Origin: an uncultured Christensenellaceae bacterium
GTDB lineage: Bacteria > Bacillota > Clostridia > Christensenellales > UBA3700
Direction: 5' to 3'
DNA: 64,000 bases
Assembly: GCA_944380275.1 (NCBI GenBank)
Contig: CALWHB010000003.1
Coordinates: forward strand, 12,901 to 76,900
Below, in pieces: positions 34,282-44,592 of this stretch. Each line of letters begins with the position of its first letter. Within the stretch, counting starts at the first letter, position 1. Under the pieces are notes generated by a model, which saw nothing but the letters and a program-made list of their open reading frames with translations, ran no database searches and was not told the origin of the DNA. Both the position numbers and the translations under genes were made by a program.

Positions 34282-35700
34282 TTAATCTTCTTTTATCACT
34301 CTCTTTTTCTCAAGGGCTTTTTCTATCTCCTCTTTCTTTCTGCCTACGAGGTCATAAGCAAGAAGAGGCAATGTGGATACAAACAGACTAACCGCCGGAA
34401 TAAGCGTGAGCAGCATAAATATCGCAGTGCGGGTTCCCGGTGTCTGTTGCTGAATCATGGTTACCCCGTTTTCGGTAATCGGCTGAACGTAATCCGCTAT
34501 TTCCAGGACAAGCGGTATCGCACCTGCAGAAAACGCCGCACTCAGTTTGCCCACGAAAGATATACATGAGGACGCAAGTCCTTCTGCACGTATATCCAGC
34601 TTATACTGAAGATAGTCAATGCACTCTCCCACCATAGAGAAGGTTATCACGTTGTAAATGCCCAGAGGCAGACCGCTTAAGAAGAAGAAAGGCAACGCGA
34701 TATAATAATTGTATTTTGTCAGCGAGCCTATCACAAAGAACAATCCCAGTACCGCACCTGAAAATACGCCGGCACCCAGAGCTATTCTGCGAGTATTGTA
34801 CTTCTTGAGCAGTTTAGGCATTATTATCATGGACGGAAACATACCTATTCCTATCAGAGCCGCGCCCAGTATCTGCCTCATATCGTACACGAAAGCGGTG
34901 AAGGAATTGGCGGTTTCGTAATAAGCGAACACATAATCAGCTGCGTAAGTATAAGACGCCTGAATCATGTATCTGCCGAAACTGAGCAGCCCGAACAGCA
35001 TTACGAGAACGAGCGGTTTGCACTTGCCTATAACGGCAAACGACTGTTTTACGCTCAGCTTTTCCTTTTGCGGCTCTATTCTCTCTCTCGTAAAAAAGAA
35101 AGTTAAAGAAAACGGCACTATCGCGATTGCCGCAAAGAGTATCGCCCCTGCCATAAGTCCTTTTCTGAGTCCCAGCAGATTGTCGCCTATGAGCAGAGCC
35201 ACAATCGCCACGGGCAACGCGCCGCCTATACTGTTGAGCGTACGCGCAAAAGAAAGAAACTTATCTCTTTCCGCAACATTGGGAGTCATGGCGTAAGGCA
35301 AGCCCCAGAAAGGCACGTCGCATACCGCATAAGCAACACCCCAGACCATATACGTTATCGAGGCGTATATCATCTTTCCAGTCATGTCCAGACCGAAATC
35401 GATAAAAAGGAAAACGCTGAGAAGTGAAACTATAAACGGAGCAAACAACAGATATTGCCTCATCTTGCCGAATCTCGAACGGGTATTGTCGACCAACACG
35501 CCCATAAGCGGGTCGCCTATCGCAAACACAAGGCGCGCCACCCACATAAGTCCCATTACGAAAAGCAACTCAAGACCAAGCACGTCCGTGTAGAACCTGC
35601 TCAGCCACGAAGTCATCATCGCATACATCGCTCCCTGTCCCAGAGCGGCAATACCGTACCACGATTTTTCCGTTCTCGACAGATAAGTTTTGTTTTCCAA
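34282..35700 (-). CDS. Glycoside-pentoside-hexuronide (GPH) family MFS sugar:cation symporter
   Basis: 472 aa with about 12 TM segments. N-terminus LSRTEKSWYGIAALGQGAMYAMMTSWLSRFYTDVLGL is GPH-like. TTG start with SD AAGGAG. Confidence 0.8.
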   Translation of the reverse strand: MENKTYLSRTEKSWYGIAALGQGAMYAMMTSWLSRFYTDVLGLELLFVMGLMWVARLVFAIGDPLMGVLVDNTRSRFGKMRQYLLFAPFIVSLLSVFLFIDFGLDMTGKMIYASITYMVWGVAYAVCDVPFWGLPYAMTPNVAERDKFLSFARTLNSIGGALPVAIVALLIGDNLLGLRKGLMAGAILFAAIAIVPFSLTFFFTRERIEPQKEKLSVKQSFAVIGKCKPLVLVMLFGLLSFGRYMIQASYTYAADYVFAYYETANSFTAFVYDMRQILGAALIGIGMFPSMIIMPKLLKKYNTRRIALGAGVFSGAVLGLFFVIGSLTKYNYYIALPFFFLSGLPLGIYNVITFSMVGECIDYLQYKLDIRAEGLASSCISFVGKLSAAFSAGAIPLVLEIADYVQPITENGVTMIQQQTPGTRTAIFMLLTLIPAVSLFVSTLPLLAYDLVGRKKEEIEKALEKKRVIKED

Positions 35701-35759
35701 ATAAAATCTCCTTTATGCGCCTGCGTTGAAAATTGTAACACTATTTTACTGACAACGCA

Positions 35760-35790
35760 AACGAAAACGCGGCATTAAAGATTTGCCGCA
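35760..35790 (-). terminator. Candidate terminator after glpK
   Basis: Minus strand reads GCGGCA-aatctttaa-TGCCGC-GTTTTCGTTT. Confidence 0.5.
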
Positions 35791-35798
35791 CGGCAGAC

Positions 35799-37280
35799 TC
35801 AGCGGAATTTCGTTCTCGCTATACTGTCCGCCCACCCCATAAGCAAGTCGTTTCTCTTCTTCCTCGACATTGTCGGAGAGAAAATCCTCTCCACGCCCAC
35901 GTTTTCTCTTATTTCGTCCTCGTCTTTCCAGTACCCGGTATTCAATCCGGCAAGATAAGCGACGCCGAGAGCGGTTGTTTCTATTATTTTAGGTCTTACC
36001 ACATTGCAGTCGAGTATATCCGCCTGAAATTGCATAAGGAAGTTATTTGCGCACGCACCGCCGTCCACGCTGAGAGCGTCAATCCTGCACCCTGCGTCGC
36101 TCTGCATCGCATGCATCACGTCAACCACCTGATATGCGATAGATTCGAGAGCAGCTCTTACTATATGCGCCCTCGAAGTGCCTCTCGTGATTCCCGTAAT
36201 CAGTCCTCTCGCCTTTGCGTCCCAGTGCGGCGCGCCCAGTCCTACGAAGGCGGGTACGAGATAAACCCCTCCGGTATCCTTGACGCTGAGCGCAATCTCC
36301 TCGGTCTGCGGAGAAGAATCTATTATCTTAAGCTCGTCGCGCAGCCATTGTATAACAGCCCCGCCCACGAATACGCTGCCTTCAAGAACATACTGCGGTT
36401 TCTGCCCGTCCCTGCTCGCAGCTACCGTCGTAACCAGTCCGCGTTTTGACTCTATCGGTTCGTCGCCCGTATTCATAAGCACGAAACAACCGGTGCCGTA
36501 CGTATTCTTTATGCTGCCTTTTTTTGTGCATAGGTGTCCGTAAAGCGCGGCTTGCTGGTCGCCTGCGACGCCGCATACGGGTATCTCTGCACCCGTGATT
36601 TCCTTTGAGGTATTGCCGTACGCGTGCCCCGAAGGATAAACCTCAGGAAACATGCCTTCAGGCACGTCGAACATTTCTATCAGGTCCTCGTCCCACTTCA
36701 TCTCGTGGATATTGAAGAGCATTGTCCTGCTTGCATTGGTATAGTCGGTTGCGAATATTTTGCCGGCAGAAAGGCACCACATTACGTATGTATCCATAGT
36801 ACCGAACAACAATTCTCCTCTTTCAGCCCGTTCTTTCGCGCCCTTAACGTTCTGAAGAATCCATCTTATTTTGGTCGCGCTGAAATACGCGTCAATCTGC
36901 AAGCCGGTCTTTGAATAAATCAGCTTTTCAAGCCCCGCCTCTTTAAGTTTGTCGCAATAGTCGGACGTGCGTCTGCACTGCCATACAATCGCGTTGTATA
37001 CGGGTTTGCCCGTATCTTTATCCCAGACAACTACTGTTTCGCGCTGATTGGTGATGCCTATGCACTCCACGTTTTCTGCACCAACTTTTTCGAGAACGGC
37101 TCTGACGACCTCTTTTACGCCCGCGATTATTTCCTCCGGGTCGTGTTCCACCCAGCCAGCCTTGGGATAAATCTGAGTAAACTCCTTTTGCGCCTTGGCT
37201 ATAATATTGCCTTTTTTATCGAAAACAATAGCCCTCGAACTGGTAGTTCCCTGGTCTATCGACATCACATACTTTGCCAT
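35799..37280 (-). CDS. glpK: Glycerol kinase
   Basis: Start moved to ATG 37280 (SD AGAGGTGGGA). [21 protein letters not shown]... shows full-length GlpK-type motifs. Confidence 0.95.
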   Translation of the reverse strand: MAKYVMSIDQGTTSSRAIVFDKKGNIIAKAQKEFTQIYPKAGWVEHDPEEIIAGVKEVVRAVLEKVGAENVECIGITNQRETVVVWDKDTGKPVYNAIVWQCRRTSDYCDKLKEAGLEKLIYSKTGLQIDAYFSATKIRWILQNVKGAKERAERGELLFGTMDTYVMWCLSAGKIFATDYTNASRTMLFNIHEMKWDEDLIEMFDVPEGMFPEVYPSGHAYGNTSKEITGAEIPVCGVAGDQQAALYGHLCTKKGSIKNTYGTGCFVLMNTGDEPIESKRGLVTTVAASRDGQKPQYVLEGSVFVGGAVIQWLRDELKIIDSSPQTEEIALSVKDTGGVYLVPAFVGLGAPHWDAKARGLITGITRGTSRAHIVRAALESIAYQVVDVMHAMQSDAGCRIDALSVDGGACANNFLMQFQADILDCNVVRPKIIETTALGVAYLAGLNTGYWKDEDEIRENVGVERIFSPTMSRKKRNDLLMGWADSIARTKFR

Positions 37281-37305
37281 AATCCCACCTCTTATCAATT
37301 TCGGG

Positions 37306-37665
37306 TCAGCGAGCCGACACGTTCTTTGTCGCAATAAAATCGACACCCGTACCCAGTACGTCTTTCACAACGACGTCGCCGATTTTTACGGGAGCATTTA
37401 CGCTCACGCCTTTCAGCGCGTCAAGTGCATCGAATATCTTTGACTTTTCTATCGCGTCTTTAGTCTTCACGCTGAGCATAGCGACGTCGCCGCCTTCGAC
37501 TCTTACGACAGAAGTTACCATGCGCTTAGGACATACGACCTCTTCTTTGCCGTATTTCGCGCCTCTCGGACAAGTATTTCCGCTGACTTTTACGTCAGCG
37601 AGGTCGCTGTCGTCAACCATCAGTCTGCATCCCATAGGACAACATATACAAATCATCTCTCTCAT
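37306..37665 (-). CDS. DUF1667 domain protein (Cys-rich small subunit of the clostridial-type glycerol-3-phosphate dehydrogenase cluster)
   Basis: Start moved to ATG 37665 (ATGA overlap with the upstream stop). [18 protein letters not shown]...[12 protein letters not shown]. Confidence 0.8.
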   Translation of the reverse strand: MREMICICCPMGCRLMVDDSDLADVKVSGNTCPRGAKYGKEEVVCPKRMVTSVVRVEGGDVAMLSVKTKDAIEKSKIFDALDALKGVSVNAPVKIGDVVVKDVLGTGVDFIATKNVSAR

Positions 37666-38924
37666 TTTTCCACCGCCTTCAGACAAACGACTGCCTGTTT
37701 GGAATTTTTCAATGCCCGTGTTTGTTTTTCGTTCAATGTAATAGTTTCCATTTCGCCGGGAGTTACTATCATACACTTCTTTGAGTATACTTCTCCGCCG
37801 TCGCAGACAACGCAAAGTCTTACGTTTTTAAACACGTTGCCGACGCGCATTTTGAGTTTGAGATTACCTTCGCCCTCTCTGTGAACAAACTGCGGCACGA
37901 CGTATCTTACCCCGTCTTTCGCCTCTATCGCAACGCTTTCTCCCGATGCTTTTTCTCCTTTTATATATGCCGCGGCGCGTTTGCCTGCCCACTCGCTCTC
38001 TTCGCTGACGAAGTCGACAAGGTCATGCACATGAAGTACGTTTCCGCACGCAAAAATACCGTCCGTCTGCGTCATCATATCGTCGTCAACTACTGCGCCG
38101 CCCGTTACCGGACTGAGATTGACGTCAGCCATTTTGGACAGTTCGTTTTCGGGAAGAAGTCCTACGCTGAGCAACAGCGTGTCGCATTTTATTTCCTGTT
38201 CCGTTCCCTTTATGGGATTGAGTTTTGCGTCAACCTGCGCGATTACGACCGAAGACACCCTGCCCTTTCCCTTTATTTCGACTACCGTATGCGAGAACAT
38301 AAGCGGTATGTCAAAGTCGTTAAGACATTGCACTATGTTTCTGTTGAGCCCCGAAGAATAAGGCATCAGTTCCACGACCGCCTTTACCTTAGCTCCCTGG
38401 AAAGTCATACGGCGCGCCATAATGAGTCCTATGTCGCCGCTGCCCAGAATAACTACTTCTTTGCCGGGCATATAGCCGTCGATGTTGATGAGTTTCTGCG
38501 CCGTTCCCGCGCTGAATATACCAGCCGCGCGACAGCCTGCGATATTTATCGCGCCTCTCGGTCTTTCTCTGCAGCCGCAAGCAAGTATGATTGCCTTTGC
38601 CTCGTAAATCTGCAAGCCGTCCTTTTCGTTTGCGCAGGTAACTCTCTTGTTCTTGTCTATGCTGAGTACCGTCGTACCCAGTTTATACTCAATACCTCTT
38701 TCTTTCACCTGGTCAATGTAACGCGACGCATATTCCGGTCCAGTAAGTTCTTCTTTGAAAGTATGCAGACCGAACCCGTTGTGTATACACTGATTGAGTA
38801 TCCCCCCCAGCTTGTCCTCTCTTTCAAGTATCAGAATATCTCTTTCGCCCGCGTCGTACGCACTTTTTGCTGCCGCAAGTCCTGCAGGACCGCCTCCGAT
38901 TATAATCAGATTCTTCTTGCTCAT
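37662..38924 (-). CDS. NAD(P)/FAD-dependent (pyridine nucleotide-disulfide family) oxidoreductase
   Basis: Two dinucleotide-binding motifs, LIIIGGGPAGLAAA and VVILGSGDIGLIMA. ATG 38924 overlaps the upstream TGA. Confidence 0.8.
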   Translation of the reverse strand: MSKKNLIIIGGGPAGLAAAKSAYDAGERDILILEREDKLGGILNQCIHNGFGLHTFKEELTGPEYASRYIDQVKERGIEYKLGTTVLSIDKNKRVTCANEKDGLQIYEAKAIILACGCRERPRGAINIAGCRAAGIFSAGTAQKLINIDGYMPGKEVVILGSGDIGLIMARRMTFQGAKVKAVVELMPYSSGLNRNIVQCLNDFDIPLMFSHTVVEIKGKGRVSSVVIAQVDAKLNPIKGTEQEIKCDTLLLSVGLLPENELSKMADVNLSPVTGGAVVDDDMMTQTDGIFACGNVLHVHDLVDFVSEESEWAGKRAAAYIKGEKASGESVAIEAKDGVRYVVPQFVHREGEGNLKLKMRVGNVFKNVRLCVVCDGGEVYSKKCMIVTPGEMETITLNEKQTRALKNSKQAVVCLKAVEK

Positions 38925-40351
38925 CACTCTACCCTCCCGACTATAATTTCGGAGCCCTTGCCGCTCTTTGTAACCTCTGTCATATCTATGCCGCGTTCAC
39001 GCGCGATAATCTCCATTACGCGTTCTGAACAAAAACCGCTCTGACATCTGCCCATACCCGCGCGGGTACGCCTCTTCACGCCGTCAAGGTCCTTTGCTCC
39101 CACCGGGCGGTTTATGCTGTCGACTATCTCGCCCTCGGTAACCACTTCGCAACGGCACACTATTCTGCCGTAAAGCGGATTCTTTTTTATGATTTCCGCC
39201 CTCTCTTTTTCAGTCATGGTTGCAAAACACGGGATACCCTTTCTGACGGGATTGAAAGACGGATTTTCTTTGAGAGAAAGTCTTGAAGAAATCTCTTTTG
39301 CCGCATGGACCGCGATTGCAGGCGCGGCGGTAAGTCCCGGACTTTCTATGCCTACCAGATTGTACATAGGCTTGTCCTCTGCCCAGCCTATCACGAAATC
39401 GCCCGCGTCCGCGTGCGCTCTGAGTCCCGTAAACTGCGTAATCACCTGCTTTTTTGTAAGCGACGGCACGGTTATACATGCCTTTTCAAATGCCTCAGCA
39501 AGCCCGTCGTACGTCGTGTCCTTGCAATCTTTGTCTTCTATATCGACTGCAGTGGGTCCCAAAAGTATGTTGCCGTGCACGCTTGGCACCACCAGTATAC
39601 CTTTGCCCATAGCCGTAGGCAACTGGAACAGCGTCGTCCCGGTCAGATAGCCCGCCGTCTTGTCAAGCAGCATATATTCTCCCTTTCTGGGTACGATTTT
39701 GTATTTCTTTTCACACAGGGAATTGTTGAGTTCGTCGCTGTAAAGACCGGCGCAGTTGACCACAACGTCTGCGTCGTAACAATCGCCGTCCTCGCAGACG
39801 ACGCGCAGTTTTCTGCCGTTCTGCGCGACGGACGCGACTTTCTTTTCAAAAACGAATTTCACGCCGTTGTCCGCGGCGTTTTCTGCGTAAGCTATCGTCA
39901 TTTCGTACGGGCTGACTATGCCTGAAGAAGGACACCACAACGCGCCTTTTACTTCTTTTGAAACGTAAGGCTCTCTCTGTCTGACTTCGTCGCCGGTAAC
40001 GACTTTTACGTCCAGGACGCCGTTCTCCATGCCCTGGTCGTACAGCTTTTTCAGACCGTCCCACTTGTCGTCGTCAAAACACAGAACGTATGCGCCGTTG
40101 CGCCTGAACGGAAAATCCAGTTCTTTTGACAACTTGTCAAACATAGCGTTTCCAGCAACGTTGAATTTCGCCTTCAGCGTGCCGGGTTTTGCGTCAAAAC
40201 CGCCGTGCACGACGCCCGAATTTGCCTTACTTGTACCGCAGGCAACGTCGTTTGCCTTTTCAAGAACGGTTACTTTTGCGTCGTAACGGCTGAGTTCTCT
40301 TGCGATAGAACAGCCTATTACGCCCGCTCCGATAATGATAATATCGCTCAT
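38924..40351 (-). CDS. FAD-dependent glycerol-3-phosphate dehydrogenase/oxidase-like protein with C-terminal BFD-like [2Fe-2S] domain
   Basis: Start moved to ATG 40351 (SD AAGGGG). MSDIIIIGAGVIGCSIARELS...; C-terminal CRCEVVTEGEI...RTRAGMGRCQSGFC. Confidence 0.85.
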   Translation of the reverse strand: MSDIIIIGAGVIGCSIARELSRYDAKVTVLEKANDVACGTSKANSGVVHGGFDAKPGTLKAKFNVAGNAMFDKLSKELDFPFRRNGAYVLCFDDDKWDGLKKLYDQGMENGVLDVKVVTGDEVRQREPYVSKEVKGALWCPSSGIVSPYEMTIAYAENAADNGVKFVFEKKVASVAQNGRKLRVVCEDGDCYDADVVVNCAGLYSDELNNSLCEKKYKIVPRKGEYMLLDKTAGYLTGTTLFQLPTAMGKGILVVPSVHGNILLGPTAVDIEDKDCKDTTYDGLAEAFEKACITVPSLTKKQVITQFTGLRAHADAGDFVIGWAEDKPMYNLVGIESPGLTAAPAIAVHAAKEISSRLSLKENPSFNPVRKGIPCFATMTEKERAEIIKKNPLYGRIVCRCEVVTEGEIVDSINRPVGAKDLDGVKRRTRAGMGRCQSGFCSERVMEIIARERGIDMTEVTKSGKGSEIIVGRVE

Positions 40352-40378
40352 ATTTTGCCCCTTTTGTTTACTGAATTC

Positions 40379-40407
40379 ATTATAGCACACGCAAATGAGG
40401 ATTTCAA
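40379..40407 (-). promoter_or_regulatory. Candidate sigma-70 promoter of the glycerol operon
   Basis: Minus strand reads TTGAAA-17 nt-TATAAT, about 28 nt upstream of ATG 40351. Confidence 0.55.
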
Positions 40408-40410
40408 TAT

Positions 40411-40441
40411 ATAAAAAGACGCGCAGATATACCGCGCGTCC
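40411..40441 (-). terminator. Rho-independent terminator of the GH20 operon
   Basis: Minus strand reads GACGCGC-ggtatatct-GCGCGTC-TTTTTATAT. Confidence 0.7.
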
Positions 40442-40498
40442 GATAATACACTTAAACAACGGTGTTGTGCCGTTAAATTTCTGTCTGTACGGTCGAAA

Positions 40499-42106
40499 TC
40501 AATATTTGTTGTCGTTTTTCTCGTATTCTACGTTCTCGTTGCCGCCGTACCAGGTGCGTATGGTCTTTACCCTCGTAAACGGATTGGGCTGACGGTAAAT
40601 CTCTTCCCCGGCATAATTCAGCCCGTACATATCAAGCAACGGCACGTAATCCTTTACCCTTTGCAAAAACTTTTTGTAATTCTTAGGTCCGCCGTACCAG
40701 GAAACTTCCGCAAGAGCCTCCATACGCGGGAACAGCTGAAACTCCAGCTTTGACGGTGAAGAAATCCACTCTGTCCACAATGCACCCTCTATTCCTTTGA
40801 CGTTGTTGTCGTACATTGAAATGAATCCTTCGAAATAAGGATTGAACATATACGTGTTCCTCAACGGATAGAGCGCGTACGGCATATCGAAATAGAAGTA
40901 TTTATGCTTGCTTATTACTACGTTGCCGCCCTTCTTCACGTGTTTGATTACTTTGCAGTCGCGTTGCGGAGTCCAGTACTGAACGATTACGTCCTTTTCA
41001 AGGTTGTCGCCTTCGAGAACCTCGTTCCATCCTATAAGTCTTTTGCCCTTGCTCCTGACATAACCTGCAACTTTGTTTATAAACCAGCCTTGCAACTGTT
41101 TTTCGTTTTTGAGTCCCAGGGACTTTATCATTTCCTGGCAGGCAGGACAGTTCTTCCACTCATCCTTGGGAGCCTCATCTCCGCCGATATGGAAATAAGG
41201 TGCAGGGAAAAGCTCGCATATCTCATCCAGAATATCGCGAATAAATTCCATCGTACGCGGTTTGCCGAGGCATGCACTTCTGTTCCAGTCTTTTATGCCC
41301 TGAGAAAGCGGAATTTTCCCGCCAAAGAAATATTGAACGTCCCTTTTTATTTCTCTGCATCCCAGCCACGGATACGCAGCCATCGCCGCCGCAAGGTGCG
41401 CCGGCATATCGATTTCCGGAATTACGGAAATCCCTCGTTCTGCCGCATAAGCCACGATTTCTTTTATCTTTTCCTGAGTATAGAAACCGCTTACGGGTAC
41501 GTCGTCTACGTCTGTGGACTGCCAGCCGTGTATCTGAGATTTTTCTCTCTTAGACCCCAGTTGTGTAAGCAGAGGATATTTTTTTATCTCTATTCTCCAC
41601 CCCTGGTCATCTGTGAGATGCCAGTGCAGCACGTTGAGTTTGTGCATACACATTACGTCAAGGAGTTTTTTGACCTCATCCTCTCCAAAAAAGTGTCTTG
41701 CCTCGTCAAGCAACAGTCCGCGCCACTTATATCTGGGATAATCGTTTATTTTTCCGCACGGAGCAACCGTATTCGCTTTAGGTGTACCCAGCATCGCTCC
41801 GACCCGTATGGTCTGAACCGCATAAAGCGCACCGGCAGCGTCGCCCGCCTCTATTTTTACGCCGTTTTCATCGACGTCAATACGGTAGCTCTGAGGAGAA
41901 AGTTCTGCAGAAAATCCTATTTTCAGTATGTTTTCTCCGTCTTTTTTCAGCTCCTTCCCCAGTCCTTTTTGCAGAATATCGGTAATCACGGGAGCTGTAA
42001 GCGCAAACTTTTGGTCTATCTCCAGACCGTCAATGCGTGCCAAATCGAAAGTTCCGCCTTTTTTTGCGAGAACAAACGATTGAGGCCTTGGTATTATTTC
42101 CTTCAT
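40499..42106 (-). CDS. Beta-N-acetylhexosaminidase (GH20)
   Basis: HWHLTDDQGWRIEIKKYP and HIGGDEAP catalytic-region motifs. No signal peptide, so probably cytoplasmic. SD AAGGAG. Confidence 0.9.
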   Translation of the reverse strand: MKEIIPRPQSFVLAKKGGTFDLARIDGLEIDQKFALTAPVITDILQKGLGKELKKDGENILKIGFSAELSPQSYRIDVDENGVKIEAGDAAGALYAVQTIRVGAMLGTPKANTVAPCGKINDYPRYKWRGLLLDEARHFFGEDEVKKLLDVMCMHKLNVLHWHLTDDQGWRIEIKKYPLLTQLGSKREKSQIHGWQSTDVDDVPVSGFYTQEKIKEIVAYAAERGISVIPEIDMPAHLAAAMAAYPWLGCREIKRDVQYFFGGKIPLSQGIKDWNRSACLGKPRTMEFIRDILDEICELFPAPYFHIGGDEAPKDEWKNCPACQEMIKSLGLKNEKQLQGWFINKVAGYVRSKGKRLIGWNEVLEGDNLEKDVIVQYWTPQRDCKVIKHVKKGGNVVISKHKYFYFDMPYALYPLRNTYMFNPYFEGFISMYDNNVKGIEGALWTEWISSPSKLEFQLFPRMEALAEVSWYGGPKNYKKFLQRVKDYVPLLDMYGLNYAGEEIYRQPNPFTRVKTIRTWYGGNENVEYEKNDNKY

Positions 42107-42121
42107 AAGTTTTTCTCCTTT

Positions 42122-42823
42122 TTATTCACTCCATGTCGGGACGGTGATTTTGGGACCTCCGAACGAAATGCTTACGTAAAAACTTTCTGCAGAATCGCCG
42201 ATATAACTCAGCTTGTCGTTTATGATTCTTATCGTCAGCTCAGAATACTGAGAAAGCGGACTGCTTTCTTTTGTTACTTTCGCGTCCATATAAACGACTT
42301 TACCCGTACGGGAAACCGATTTTATCTGCAATTCTTCTGCGGTAAGTCCGTCAAGCAATGCCGCGACGCTGTTCATGTTGTATCCGGCAATTTTTGTATC
42401 GTTGAGATACTCTTCAAGAGTGCAGGGAGCAACCTTCCACTTGTCCTCTTCCCAGTATACCTTGCCGGTAACGTAATCGCTTTCCGTCGCTGTCTTTGAG
42501 TCAGCGTCTTTTTTAAGACTCCTGCCGTAATACGTATCGTCGTAAACCGTCTTCAGTACGTCGCCTTGAGCAATCGTGAACTTCGCGGTTCCGCCCTGCA
42601 CGTTAAGCCCGTATTGTACGAATTTGCCGTTGGAAGAACTGTTATCGTTGTATCTGTATTTTATGTAATAAGTATCGCTGTCGAGTGCGTTTTGTATGCT
42701 TTGAGCAAGTATTTCTCTGCCTTCTTGTTCTGTAAGGGTCTGACTACACCCGGTAAAACAAACCGTAACGGTTGCGGTTATAATCACTATCGCGCAAAGC
42801 GCAAGTAAAATTCGTTTTCTCAT
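42122..42823 (-). CDS. Lipoprotein of unknown function
   Basis: Signal peptide plus lipobox (ITATVTVCFTGC-SQT). ATGA overlap with the upstream transporter stop. SD GGAGGGGAGG. Confidence 0.7.
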   Translation of the reverse strand: MRKRILLALCAIVIITATVTVCFTGCSQTLTEQEGREILAQSIQNALDSDTYYIKYRYNDNSSSNGKFVQYGLNVQGGTAKFTIAQGDVLKTVYDDTYYGRSLKKDADSKTATESDYVTGKVYWEEDKWKVAPCTLEEYLNDTKIAGYNMNSVAALLDGLTAEELQIKSVSRTGKVVYMDAKVTKESSPLSQYSELTIRIINDKLSYIGDSAESFYVSISFGGPKITVPTWSE

Positions 42824-44376
42824 ATTTCCGCCTCCCCTCCCTCTTCGGGAGCAACTGTTTGGTCTGCGGAGCCGTCTGTAAATCCTTCTTCGTTGAGATG
42901 CTCCTGACTTGAAAGCACACTTGCGTCGCCGTACCCGTCAAGTACGTTCTGTTCGTGCGCACGGCGTTTGAGGTCTTCTATCATGCGTTCCTGGTCCTTT
43001 TCTGTCATATTCCAGAATAAGAACGGCACCGCATGCAGCACCGCGCCTATTACGGCAAGCAAACCCATCGCGGAAAGCATCGGAGAACGCACCGCCTCGT
43101 CGTAAAGCACGTCGTAATCGTTTATCAGACCGTAATACTCATACATCAACGGCAGTATGTAGTTGGTACCCATTGCAACGAGAGAATTGATAATTGCAAA
43201 GTTCTGTGAGAATCCCTCAAGACGGTCCCCTGTCTTCCACTGCTGGTAATCCAGTGCGTCTGCGCTCATTGCGGGAGTAGTTATTATCTGAACCGCCGTA
43301 CCCCAGAAAGAGACATAGCACATTATCGCAAATACGTAGAAGTTATTGTTGTAGAATATCAGCGGTACCATCGACAACGCTATCGCGCCGTCTGTCAGAA
43401 GTACGGTATTCTTCTTGCCGATTTTCTTTATTACAAAAGGTCCTATGACCATACCCACGAGTGACGCCGTACCTATTACAAGACTGGCCGCAGACTGTAT
43501 TACTTCGTTCTGCAACATATATATGTACGCCCATGCCATACTTCCGGTAATAGCCGCTCTTGCAAAAGTAAACCACGTCGCGACATTGTTAATCCAGAAA
43601 TATCTGTTCTGACAAATTTTTATAAAACCGTCCTTGAATTTTACCTTCTGAACCTGTCTGCGCGGAACTATAATGCGTTCTTTTGTTCCGAAATAAGCGA
43701 AGAAACCCAGTCCGCATCCGAGGAAGGAGAACACGGGAAAAATTACCTTATAGAAGTTCTGGTCGACCTGTCCGAGTTCAAATGCCTTCGCGATAAGCGG
43801 AAAAACCGCGCCCGTAATAGTGGGTGCAAGGCTGTAAATAACAGAACTTATCGATATAATCTTAGCGCGTTCGTTGGTATTGGGCGTCATCAGCTGAACA
43901 AGCTGCGTGTACATACCCAGGTAGAACTGATATATAAAGTTCATTACCATATACAACGCGCCCACGCATATCAATATTGTCTGCTTGCTCCATGATTGCG
44001 GTATGAACGCCGTCAAAGACATCAGCAATGCACACGGAGGCCCCAGCCACAGCAGATAAGGTCTTGCCTTGCCCTGATTGCCCGGCGTATTGTCTATGAG
44101 CCAACTTTTAAAAGGCTGAATCACGATTGAGATAATCGTGTTTATCATAAGCAATAACGCAAGGTCTGTCGGCTTGAGTCCGTATACAGTACCTATAAGC
44201 AAACAGTTAGCCTGCAGCAATATCTGAGATGCGATTGCTACGATAAACTGAACGCCCATACCGCCAACGGAATAAGCGATAATCTCTTTGTTCCCGACGT
44301 AATTGCCTTCGGCAGGCTTTTTCCAGCACCTGAAAAAGTCTTTGACAACTTCTCCCGCTTTGTTGATAATCTGCAT
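42820..44376 (-). CDS. MFS/GPH-like transporter with acidic C-terminal tail
   Basis: 518 aa with about 12 hydrophobic segments. GNKEIIAYSVGGMGVQFIV is GPH-like. First gene of the operon with the lipoprotein and GH20. Confidence 0.75.
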   Translation of the reverse strand: MQIINKAGEVVKDFFRCWKKPAEGNYVGNKEIIAYSVGGMGVQFIVAIASQILLQANCLLIGTVYGLKPTDLALLLMINTIISIVIQPFKSWLIDNTPGNQGKARPYLLWLGPPCALLMSLTAFIPQSWSKQTILICVGALYMVMNFIYQFYLGMYTQLVQLMTPNTNERAKIISISSVIYSLAPTITGAVFPLIAKAFELGQVDQNFYKVIFPVFSFLGCGLGFFAYFGTKERIIVPRRQVQKVKFKDGFIKICQNRYFWINNVATWFTFARAAITGSMAWAYIYMLQNEVIQSAASLVIGTASLVGMVIGPFVIKKIGKKNTVLLTDGAIALSMVPLIFYNNNFYVFAIMCYVSFWGTAVQIITTPAMSADALDYQQWKTGDRLEGFSQNFAIINSLVAMGTNYILPLMYEYYGLINDYDVLYDEAVRSPMLSAMGLLAVIGAVLHAVPFLFWNMTEKDQERMIEDLKRRAHEQNVLDGYGDASVLSSQEHLNEEGFTDGSADQTVAPEEGGEAEI

Positions 44377-44412
44377 ATTTTCCCCTTTTACGGCTGTTCA
44401 ACCGCCTTGTAT

Positions 44413-44442
44413 ATTATACATCATCGCACACGGCGTTGTAAA
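44413..44442 (-). promoter_or_regulatory. Candidate sigma-70 promoter of the transporter/lipoprotein/GH20 operon
   Basis: Minus strand reads TTTACA-18 nt-TATAAT, about 37 nt upstream of ATG 44376. Confidence 0.5.
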
Positions 44443-44592
44443 TACCGCTTTTGGATTTTTTATGAGTCGCAGAAATCCCGATAACGTGAAACAATTTTAT
44501 ACTTTATATAATAAGCTTTTTTGCACTTAGTTTGATAAAAAATACGTTTTGTGTGCTTTTGCGCATTTTCCCGATTTAACAACTCAGCTGAT

